64,000 nucleotides of DNA, taken from assembly GCA_964373175.1 (NCBI GenBank), contig CAYJTP010000002.1, positions 40,402 through 104,401 on the forward strand, read 5' to 3'. Below the pieces are notes generated by a model. The model saw nothing but the letters and a program-made list of their open reading frames with translations. It ran no database searches and was not told the origin of the DNA. Origin of the DNA: an uncultured Planctomycetales bacterium. Its GTDB lineage: Bacteria > Omnitrophota > Gorgyraeia > Aquiviventales > Aquiviventaceae. Both the position numbers and the translations under genes were made by a program. Shown piece after piece: positions 1 through 12,000 of the stretch (its first letter is position 1; each line of letters begins with the position of its first letter).

Positions 1-20
1 CGGAGTTCGGAACAGCATTT

Positions 21-3000
21 TTGAGCGTCTTCCGGTTCAGCGAGATTCGCGCCAACCTGAATCTCCAAACGAACTCGGCGTGGGCCGACTTTACTCGGTT
101 TGGCATCACGCTCAGCCAACTGGCCAACCCGAGGAAGTACGAGTTGGGCGTGTTGGTGGATGATCCGGACTACCGCCTGGAGAATGTCAAGCGGACGGTG
201 ATTCGCGACCACCAGCTCCTGAGTGCGCTGAACGCTGACGCGACATTCCGAGGAGCCTTCTTTGACGTCTTCAGCCTGGCGGATCCTGGTGGGAGCCTGA
301 GTCTCGATGTGGCCCAATCCTACGCGGATCTCGTGCGGTTCGGGATCAGTGTGAGCTACTTGGCGAACCCGAAGAAGCTCGATCGGGACTCAAGCCGAGA
401 AATCGATGTTGAGTATGACTTCAATGAGACCCGAGACGGGATCATCCACGTCCAGCAGGTTCTCCAGGCGCTGCGAACGGATGCTCGGCTTCTGCAGGAC
501 TTCAACGCGGTGTATGGCTTGCGCTTGATCGTTTCGCAACTCAACCTGGATGTCAGTAGCCCCAGCCGCGATCAAAAGGCGCTCGGCTGGATTTTGGCTG
601 GGATCGTCCACGCGAGGGATGAGTACGACCGGAAACTCCCGTTTGTGTTGGAGGCCTTCACGCATGCGTTGCCGATCGTGAAGCAGATCCTGGAATCCGA
701 CAAGGCCCGGGCGATGTTACAGCGGCTCTATGGGGTTGAGATTCCTCGCGTGTTGAACCCGTTTGATCCGTCACCTCAGGTTCGTTCGGTCCGGGAGACC
801 GCGAGTCGCCTCCTCTTTGGCATCGCCTGGAACTGGATTGGCGATCAACGGATGCTGATTTATGTCAATGGGTGGCAAGAGCCCCACTACCGCTTCCCAA
901 CGGTTGAGCGATACCTGGAGGCGGTGGAGAAGATCGTCACGCTCATTGAGCTTTCGGATGAATACACTGAGATTCGGAACATCTTCAATCACGGCCTGCC
1001 ATTGGAGCTGCGCCATGACCGCGATGCGCTGACCATTGAGCGTCTCTTCGACGCGGTGCGCCACATCGGCCTGAAGGGCGCCTCGAAAGAGCAGTGGTAT
1101 CTGGATGTCCTGGAGTACGCCAAGACCTTGGTGAGCGCTGAGCGATTCAAGCGGTGGGTCGAGGCCAACAGCGATCTCGTGCTGGATCTTGGGCTGGCGG
1201 TGGATGAAGCCTTCATTACGCGCAATGCGAAGTCGCTCGCTGAGCCAATTCGCTCAGGGGTCACTGAGACGTACCAGTTCTACAACCGGCAGTTTGGCAT
1301 GGACATCCCGGCCTTCAGCATCACGAAGATCGCGGGCACGAACCTAGTCATTGCGACGGCCAAGACGCTCAGCGCCAAGCTTGCAGTTGATTTGCAGACT
1401 CATGAGATCTTTGGCGGCGAGATCGAACAAGAACTGGTCACCATTCACCACCAGGGTCGAACAAGGCAAGCCACGAAGGCTTCGAAAGCTTCGGCACAAA
1501 CGCCCACGACCACCGAACCCCGCACAGGCCCAGAACCTCAACGACTGTTGAGACCTTCCAGATTCCTTCCAGGATGGTCGCTTGCAGCCACACACTATGT
1601 TGACCCCACGGTTCGCTTTGGCGGAAGTGAGTGGTACCTCTACGACATTCTTAGTCTGAGTGCCGAGCACAAGCCGTCGCGTCTCCGATTCGAGGCGTTG
1701 ATGGAAACCAGTCTGGTGGGCAAGCCCGATCGAGGCGTGTTCAAAGCCGTTGAGAGTCGGCTGATCGTACCACGGCTGAGCCTCCGGACGAATCTGTTGG
1801 AGGGGAAACGCGGTACCATCGACCTTGAGCTGAGCAAACCGTTCATTGGTGAAGCCTCTGGGCCATGGTTGGCTGGTCTCCTGACACAAGGCGGGGGAGA
1901 ACGATGGTCGGCTGGGATGGAACTGAGGGGTTCGCTGTGGACCTTGGGCAAGACCACGCGAGGTGCAGGATTAGTCACGTTCCCGGTGTCCCTCCAGATT
2001 CCTGCTCTCCGAGGATCCTTGAACTTGACACCCGGCTTCTTCATTGAAGAGGGATTCTTCATAGTTGATGAGCAGCTAAGTGCTGGGGTTGGGATTGGCG
2101 ATGTGACGCTCTTTGCAGAACACAACCTCACCCATCTGGACGTCGTTCCAGCGGGTTTCCTCACCCCCAACACCGGTGATCGCCTCGGCCTTGGTGTTGG
2201 GAATCAGACGATTGGTCCACTCTCATTGACTGGCACGCTCTACCTCTATTCGTTGAATCCGCTGTTTAACAAGTGGAGGATTGAGGGAGGTGGGCTCACA
2301 CTCGGCATCACCGCGACGAGAGAACCCCAAGAGGCGGAACCGGAAGCTCCTGTCATGTCATCAGAGGAATCGATCAGTCAGGAACCGCAGGACGACCTCG
2401 CGACTGATCAGGCGCGCTTGGATACCGCTGCACTCAGCATAGATACTGTGATGGAAGGGGCAGTCAACCGTCTCATCGAGCGCAGAACCGTGGCGGTCGC
2501 CACCGGCCAGTTCACGCGCAAGGAGTTCGGCCGCTACGTCATTGATGAAACGACGCAGGAGCGGCTCTGGGTTTCGAGTGGCTATACGGTTGTGCGCATC
2601 GATGACAGGTACAGCCGCCTTGACTTCAACGGGACGCCCGTCCTCTACTACCGCGACACGGGTGAAGCCGGTCAGGACGTTCAGACGGAGCACCTTGGGA
2701 CATTTAAGACGAAGCTCGTGGAAGTCATCGATGCCAAGACTGTTCCGGCGGACAAAGACGGCACCCTCCAGCTTGACAAAGGCACCGTCATCGAACGACA
2801 ACACGTCGTGGTCGGCGATCCGCTTGGCCGAGCGGTGAGCCGGCACCATGTGGGTGGCCTGCTGAACGGCTATGTCGCGCTCATCGATGGTCTCGATCCG
2901 TACCTGCTGAACGGGTCCTTTACCGCCGAGCGCAGCCGGTTGGTGGACCCGAAGGGCAACACCGTTCGCTCCTATGAGGTAGTCAACCTCCATGAGAACC

Positions 3001-6000
3001 CTGAGGAGCTTGAGGTTGCTGTCCGCGATGCGAGTGGCTTACTGCTCTATCACGAGTTCATCCCCAACGGCGACATCCTCGGTGAATGGGTGAAGCGGGT
3101 GAAGACGCACGCCGACATGCAGGCCGTCACCACGCGCCACGCCGATCCCAAGGATCCCCGCAAGGACGCTGGCTATGACGTGGTCGTGACGAACAAGGGC
3201 GTTCCCATTGAGCACCGCGAAGTCTCAGATATCTGGGAAGAACCCGACACAGGTTTGATCCACGCCCACGAGCGCACGCAGGAAACCGGACAAGAAAAAG
3301 TCAGCATCTACGGCGCACTGGATGACCTCCGGGCTGAATTTACCGTCGGGCTGTCCAACAACACCGTGACGTTGGTGGAGTACGACGCCGACGCCAACGA
3401 GGCTGCTCGAACCACCTATCGCCTCACCGAAAACACGCAGGTGGATCCCAAGACGACCAGCCTAAAGGCTCTTCAGGACGTGGTCCAGCAGCCTCAGAGC
3501 GCCCAGGTCAGCAACGGCGCCGGGCAGCCCACGCGGAATGAAGATGGCACGGTCACAGTCCGAACCTGGGAAATCGTCTTCAGCGACCAAGGCCAGCCGC
3601 TCGGGAAGAAGACCGCTGTCGAAGTCCGCAACGGCTTGGGACGTCTCCTGAGTCGCACGACAGGCCACCAACGGGTCGAGCATGATCCAACCAAGCCCTT
3701 GGAACCGCCGCTTCGCAAAGTCGATACGTCCACCAACCAGCTCGTTCAGGACTACACCACGACTTTCGTCACCGAGGACCAGCGCATCACAGCCTTACAG
3801 GTGAAGACGACGGACCACCGTCATCACACCCAGTGGACCGACGTCTACAGCGTGAAGGAGGGCTTCGTTGAGCATCTCGTCGAGGGAACCGAGAACGGCC
3901 AGTCTGCTCAAGAGGTCACCGTGCCGGAGCGCGATGAATTCGGGATTATCCGGCATCAAGACACGTACTGGAACGATCGCGCAGGGACGAAGATGTACGA
4001 GGATCGGCTCACCGGATTTGACGAGTCAACCGGTGACGTCACTGTCACCCGCACCGATGTCAGGAAACGCGTTGAGGAAATTCGTACGTTCAACCAGGAT
4101 GGTGACCTCATCACGATCAAAACCGAATCGCGCACCACCACCATTGATCCAGCGACCCAGACGAGCACGACCATCGACAACGCCACAGGCGAAGTCCTCG
4201 TTGAGTCGATTGAAGCGTTCGAGCACGGGAAGAGAACGCGGATAGACACCTACTGGTACGACAAACGGCTTGGCATTAAGGCCTATCAGGACACCTCAGC
4301 CCTGAATGTGTTTGGCAGAGCCGAGACGGTGGTCACGGAAGATGAAAGGGCTCGCGTCGCCTACCACGAGGGCTTGGAGGTCGGCAGGCAAGTCTGGTGG
4401 AAGGGTGAGCTGGCTCGCGTGTACCGTCACTACGGTTATGGCCATGGCATCACGACACGCGAGGTGGACAACCAGTTTACGCACGGCACGCACACGGAAC
4501 GTCTGGACCAAAACGGTCGAGTCGTGAGCGAGCGCCACGGGAATGTGGAACTGAAGGTCATGTATGATGGCGCGACACTCCGGAGGACCAAGGCGTCCCT
4601 CCATCGGAAGATGAGCGATGGGAAGCTCAGCGCCAAACCCCTCATGACGTGGAAATACGAGTGGATCTTGGCATACAGCCACATCCCATGGCTGAAGGAG
4701 CTGTCACCAGAGGACCGGGCCGCGCTCGGCCTGAAGGACGCCACCCAGCTCCAAGCGATCACCACGACGACCGACTGGGGGGAAACCTCAACGGACTACG
4801 TCTTGGCTGGTGATCGGTATGGCCGAGCCCTCGTGACGAAGCTGCCGACGGGTGAGAAGCGCATCGTGGATGCATGGCTCAAGAATACCAACATGGCGCT
4901 GCAGAGCCGAATCCTGAGCCAAGACAATCAGCTGCTGAAGCGCTACGAGGCCACGCCCAAGCGATTGAGCGACGTGCTGGCCACGACGCAGCAGGGTCCC
5001 AACGGCCGCACGCTCCTGAACGACGAACTGGCCGGTGCGACGGTGGCCGAGATCAAGGAGTTTGACAATCAGGGGGTGTTGAATAAGTCGTGGGTCAGCT
5101 TCTTTCAGGTCGTCCCCGTGGCCAACCTCAAGGCTGGGGCACTCGATGTGATCCGCTATGATCCGACCAAGACCTGGGTGAAAGACGGCCAGGACACGTA
5201 TGAGGTGATCGACCAGCAGATCGGCAAGAAAATCATTGAATCCTACCGTGATGGCGCATTCGATGTTACGGGGTTGCAAGAGTGGCTGAAGGCGGATGGC
5301 TACCCCGACGCTGCGAACGCGCTCGCCCAACACGAAACCTACGATATCTACGTGCTCGGGCTTGATGAGCACACGCGGATCAAGACCTGGAAGACCGTCT
5401 TGAAGGCCAACAGCGATGAAGAGGTCTTACAGTATAACGCCAACGCCAGGCGGCTCCGCCTCAATCTCTACGATCGCGCAGGGACGAAGATCGGTGGAGT
5501 CGATTTCGACTACGACGGGTCGATGCCGGCCAGTCAGAGCCTGGAATCCTTAGCAGTGTCGGTGCGGTTGTCGGATCCCCTCGTCAAGGCCTTGGGCTAT
5601 CTCTCGGACGGTGAGGAGAAACAGTTCGAGAGCTTCCTCGTCCTGGACATCAAGAACAAGCTGGCATTTATCGAAGTACGGGACAAGCAAGATGGCGCCA
5701 CGGACAGGGTGGTCGACGCCAGCCCGCAATCGCCTCTCACCGACCAGTTGATCGGCGACCTGCTCCAAAGCCTGAAAACCTCGAATCTGGCTGAGGCCAA
5801 CGGCAAGCTGCCCCAACCGCAGCAGATCGAGAAATGGAAAATTGTCTCGAAGACCGTGTATCACTATCGTGCCTTTCAGGACTTCAGCGCGGTCCACCTG
5901 CGCAGGATGGGGATCGCTGGTCAGGCAGAGGGGTTCCTGTTTGATCCCAACACCAGGACGTACGCAGACCAGGCGGCGAGTGAATCGATCCTTGGCAATC

Positions 6001-9000
6001 TCGTGATTGGCCCTGAAGCCATCCGCTTCCCTGAGGCGATTCGCATTGAGATCTTCAGGGAGGATCGGCTGGAGCGACACGGCGCCCATGAGCTCAAGCA
6101 CACCGTAGAAGTGAAGGATGGCCTCGGGAGGAACACCGAGACCCAGTTTGGCCCCGCGGCGTCCGGCGAAACCCTGGAGGAGAAATTCCGCAACTTCACA
6201 GCAGAGCGCAAACGCTACCAATTCTATTTCTTCGAAGGCGGGGAGGAGAATCTGGCCAAGTACGGCATCGCAGATAAGAGCTTGGTCACCGTCGTCCTCA
6301 ATGGCCAGGAGTACCTCGCGGCGTTGTCCAACGCCACAGTCCCTCTTGCCAACGGCGATATCGACTACCGGACGCAAAAGGGTGTGAGCATCGAGCCCTT
6401 AGACATCCAGACCTTGGGCAGCACCGAATGGTATGCCCAGTTACGGGCCTGGCTGATGGAACGGAAACTGCAGTTGGACGGAGTCGTCTTGTCCTACGGG
6501 GAGGTAAAGACCAATCGCGGCCATCTCAAGCTCATCCTCACGGGATTCACTAAGAGCCAACTGGATCCGACGACCCACTTTGCGAAGAAAGGCGAACTAC
6601 CCCGAGACGTGACCTTCCTGCGCTACAACGACGAGGCACTCTTGTTCTACCTGGGCATCCCAGAGGGCAGCGTGACCTACGCCTACGATCCAGAGAAGCA
6701 GTTTGACCGTGCCCAATACGGGGAGGCTGATGAGCTTGCCCGAGCCAACGGGTTCAGGATTCAAAACCACCTCATGGTGTATGACGTCCACTTCGCCAAC
6801 AAATCAGAAAACGAGGGGAAGAAGCATCTTCGAGAAATGGGCGTCCGGTTGGACGGGAGTCTCGCCTATCAGGTCGGTCGCGATCGGTTCGATCTGTGGG
6901 GTTTGGATTTCGCACGGCCTGGCCGGGAGTACGACGCGATCGTCTCCTACGACATCCGAGAACTCGCTGAGGTCACGGAGCCGCTTCCGGAAGAGACGAA
7001 CCGGATCACCGACTTAGCACACCTCCGTCTACCTGGCGCAACAGCGGGCCGGAAGATCCAGCACCTGAATATCGTGTTTAAGGATCATCCGGGCTATCTG
7101 ATCACAACCAACACGGTGGCCCAAGAAGATCGCGATTACCTCGATGCTTTCTCGGACCTCATCAACGGTCGGGAAGCCCATTACGACAAGGCCCGTCATC
7201 TCCTTGTCCTGACAGGCGAAGAGCCTACGGTGGTGCTGAACGCCAAAGCAGGCCGGGACGCCAAGCTGTTCTTCCAAGGCGAGGAAGTCATGACGAAACA
7301 AGATCAGTTCACCACCCATGTCCTGCGAGATGATGAAGGAAAGAAACTGAACTTCGTGAAGCGACTCTATGAGGAAAATGTCAAGCGCAACAGCCTCTTC
7401 TCGAAGATCGTCAAAGCGCTTCCCGTCATCGGGGCACTCACGTTCTTGACATCGTTGCAGATGTATGCTGGCGAGCCCGCTGTGCCTGGAGTGGGGGCAA
7501 GCCAACCCAACCTGTGGCTCTATAGCCTTGGGGTGATTGCCGCTTATGTGTTTGTGATCTTGCCAACGTTGATCGCCGGGTTGTATTTCCTCTCGAAGGT
7601 CAACGCCTTGTTCTTGAGACTGGTCGTGAATGTGAACAAACTGATCCAGAAACCGACCAACAGACCACTGGCTCCTGGGGTGAACCCGGCTGACTATCGG
7701 ACCCCTCGGTATCACGAGGTGAAGCGCAAGGTCGGAGCTGTGAGCATCATTCCAGAGCTGATCCTCTACCTGGTGAACAAGGGAGCTGCTGACACCGAGA
7801 TTGAGCTTCAACGAGACTTCTGGAGGGCGGTGATCGATTACCAGATGAATCGCAAGCTCGGGGGGTATCGCTCCAAGAACTCGCTGCTCACCGCTCGTCC
7901 GTATGTCTTGGATATCCATGAGATCTCCAGCTTCTTGAAGCGTGCTCGTCAACAGGGGATCGATCCGATGACAGATGTCCCAGTGAACGGTCAAACACTC
8001 CAAACCGTGATCGAGTCACGGGCATGGGACGAGGCAGTGATCGACCAGGTGACCCAGGCGATTCGAGCCTTCTTGAGGGCTGGGCGACAGCAAGAGAACG
8101 CCGAACGGAAAGCCGCCAGGCTCCGCGGGAAGTTGCTTGAGGAAACCCCCTATCCGGTTGGGGCTTGGAAGTTTTCCTTCAAGATCCTCCCTCGGATGTT
8201 GAACGTCATGTTCCGGACACCCTTCCGAGGGGAAAGGACGCCGAACCTCTGGCAGGCCTCCAAGTTTTTTGGACTCATCATTGCCGAGACGATCCTGTCC
8301 GCAGTCGGGTTAAGTGCGCTGATGTTTGTCTATACCGCTCCTGAAATCTCTGCCTTTCTGCCGATGCTCTTTGGCCTCATCCCATTTACCGCGGTCGTGC
8401 TGCTCAATTTCTGGACTGTGCTGTACCTGAACTATGCAAGCCTGTTTCGGATCGTTCGGGGTCGGTTGCATCTGGATAACGTCTCCACGTGGAGCAGCGC
8501 CCAGCGCGTGTTTCGGCAGCTTCGACGCCAGTTGAAGCCTCAACTGAGAGGAATCTTTGATGTGTTCTACCGGCATGAAATTGACAACCTGCGGTTTGCG
8601 AATGATCAGCCAGGGAGAGGGCCGCTCGTCAGTGAAGACGAGCACACCGCGTTGCTCCATGCCCTTGAGGGAGGCCGGTTAATCAAGCCCCAGACCTTCG
8701 AAGCGACAGAAACCCTCAAGCGATTCCTCAACAAATGGGCAAAGGTCCAGGCAGACTTTAATGCACACCCTGAAGAAATTGAAGCGATCCTGCAAGGCGT
8801 CGAAGATAACCGGGAAGACTACCGGCTCAATGTGATGCACTCAGGCTATGGGGAACTGGTGTGGGTGCATTTCGAGCAGCTGGATGTCTTGGCTGAAGAG
8901 CCTGGAAAAAGAGAGGTGGTCACAAAGTTCCGGAAGCTCATGATGGTGCACCCCGAGGAGTGGACCCTGTTCATTCACGACCGCGTTGGCAATCAGCTGA

Positions 9001-12000
9001 CCAGACAAGACGAACAATTCCTGTCACCTCGTCGCAGAAGCCTCACCGCTGAATCGGCCGCTGCGTATCTCGCCCAACGCTTAGGACAACCGCTCGATGA
9101 TATCAAGGAGCAAATCGAGAAATGGGCCAACTGGCGGTTGGAGAACGCTGGGAAGACTATCATCGCCACGATCTTTAGCCATCTGGAAACCTATAAGGCA
9201 TGGGCAGAGGTCCTAGGGATTCCTGAGACACAGAGGGAGGCGTGGGCACGAGCCAGGGTTAAGGTGGTGGTCAAATATGACGAGTATGGACAGAATCCAG
9301 GCCGAACCGCCGACTGGGATCATGTCAATCAACGCTTTGGCAACATCCTCACCACTGCAAACCAGACGTCCTATGAAGCCAGGGAGGCGGCCATATCGGC
9401 CTGGCATCACGATGATCAGCATGCGGCAATCCTTGTGGGAGCGCCACCTGCCGAGATGAGAGGACATGGAACTAAGGTCGGGGGGTGGGCGTTGGTCATT
9501 CCCTATTTGGATAGCGACCTTGTCTATTTCTTGGATATTGGCCATCGGTTGGCATTCGATAGTGTGATGTTCACGCCGTTCATTTCCCGACAATTTGAGA
9601 CCAATCAGTCCCTGGCCATGGTGTCGCCGGTCTACTACGCGTATGAGGAAAACTACACGTCAACGAGCCGGAGCATGAGCATTGGCCATGAGGTGTGGGA
9701 CCGGGATATCCGCTCTATCAAAGACGTCATCGATAGCGAAGACGACTGGGGCAAGAAGTATGCTCGTGTGAGCGCCTTCGAAGCCGTCAACGCGTTTCTG
9801 CCAGAGTACAACTCTGAGGATACCGCTGGCGGGGTGCGGATGCTCAAGCTTGGCTACGACATCCGCCACACGGAGCTTGTGGATGTTCCGCAGTCTGTGG
9901 AAAAAGTGCACTTCTTGGGACGCTCCTTTGTGCTGCGCTTTGGCTCAACGGTCCCAGAACTCCTGCTCGGCCGTCCAGTGTGGAAGTTTCTCGGGTCACC
10001 CTTTGTCCACTGGACCGCGAAGCTTGGCACATTCATCAGCTTTAGCCACTACCTGCGCATTGCCTTGACGGCGGTGACGATGGTGAGCTTTGTCGTGTTG
10101 AATATGTTCTTCCCCTGGTCCCTCTTTACGCTGCTCCCATTTGTTCCAGTGTTTCTGACGCTCAACTTCTTGGCGAACCAGGCGGTCAATGCTCAAACCG
10201 TGTATCGGTACGAGCAGCGCTATGGGCTCCTCAAGGGTCTGGTGATGTTCTACAAGGATTTCCCGAACCTCTTCATCGATTACGTGACCTACGAGGTCGG
10301 GAACTTCCGACAATTCCTTGAGGGCCTACGCGGGTTTGGAATGTTTACATTCAGTCCAAGGATTAGCAATCTCTACCGCCATACGTTCAAAGCCCTTTGG
10401 AATGAACCGACTGTACGGACAGGGGTCAAGCTGGCGGCATTCCTCACGCCATTTATCCTGCTCATGCCGCTGCATCCAGTGAAGCTCTTGCCCAACCTTG
10501 GCTTTGTCGTGGCGGTCGTCACGTGGTTGGTGGGGCCGTTTATTCGGAATGTCCGTACGCCGTTTTCCGTCAATCCCATTCAATGGGCTAGACAATTGGC
10601 GATGGATGTGTTGCTGGTGCCTTGGGCGTTGTTGCGTGTTTTTGTAGACATAGGAAAAGACCTGAAAGAGAAAGTAAAGAAATGGCACGCAGGCCAACAG
10701 CGGTTGAACGTCATGCTGAGCGTGGCTCCACTTCTTGCCTGGCCGATGCTTCACAGGGCTATGCAAACCTCAGGTGTGACGTGGGGCGATGTGGCGTATT
10801 ACTCGTTAATGGGTATCACAGCTCTGGCAGTGCTGGGATCGATTGCCTCCGCAATTTATGAGATGAGGTACCGAACAATCTATTTTCAGCACTATGGAGA
10901 ATACGAACTAGAATTGAAAGAGAGAGCGGACTCACATCCTCTAGTGAGAATCCTCGTGGGACTTGGTGTAGCTACAGCCGTTCCTCTTTTTATGGTTGCA
11001 GTTGATGGGGTTAACCTGTCGGTCGTCATGATGATCGGCATGATACTGGCTCTCATGTTTGGAATAAGGAACCTAGATACGTCACTGGGAGTGATCTGGC
11101 AAAGTCGTCCTCTCCAGGTTAAAGAGCTGTTCAAGACAACAATGCCATTTCTCTCCGCTGAGTTCAGCGATAAGTTGCTGGAACAGTTGTGGTATGTGAC
11201 GCGACCGTATCGTGACAACAAGGCAGCTCTAGATGCGATTGCAGAAATCATTAGTTCTATGACGGAGCCTGGACGGAAACTCAAACCTGACTACTTTAAA
11301 CGGGGTGGTAAGTACTACACGACTAAATGGTGGAGCCATGGATATGGGGCCTATGAAGAGTACGAGGAGGAAGTAAGTGAAGAGGAAGCCACTCTCCCTG
11401 AGGTAGTAACCATCCCTGATGTAGCTAAAATCACAGAACTACTTAGCCATCCTAATGAACTTAACCGATTAGTGGTGGAACGTCTCAAAACAGTACAACA
11501 GTTAACTTCCAATACAGATAGCTTGAGACATCGTGGTCGCGGTGAAGCGTCTCCTGGGGCGTCTGAGACCGGGAACACGAAGCACCCTGGGAAACGACAC
11601 CAGCGATATCCTGGCAAGGTTGAGCGGGTTGGCTCTGAGGACAAGACCCAGGACGTCCATGTGACTGCGACGGTCAGTCCTGATCGGAACATCGCCTTTG
11701 AGTATCCGCCTGACGCCACGGTGCTAACCCGCTTGACGCCCGAGGAAGAACAGATGGTCCGCCAGAGTCTCCAGAACTGGCTGGCGACGCTCGAGCATGC
11801 GCCGCCCTTGCAGGCGAGGCAGATTCCGCTGTTGGTCACCGACAATCTCGATGAGGTGGCCAGACATCAGGCCGGCAGAATCGAGATCAACGCCGCCATC
11901 CTTCGTGGGCCACCTCCTGGTGGTCCCGAAACCCCCCAAGACCGCCAACTCTTCCTGCACGGTGTGATCTATCACGAAGGCTATCACTTCCTCTCCCCGC

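Noticed and set aside
21-23. The TTG at 21 as the true start codon of the giant gene.
   Set aside because: The frame is open from nt 3. The only SD-like GGAG lies 15 nt upstream. The protein repeat unit beginning here looks as if it continues from upstream, so the gene is probably 5'-truncated by the window.
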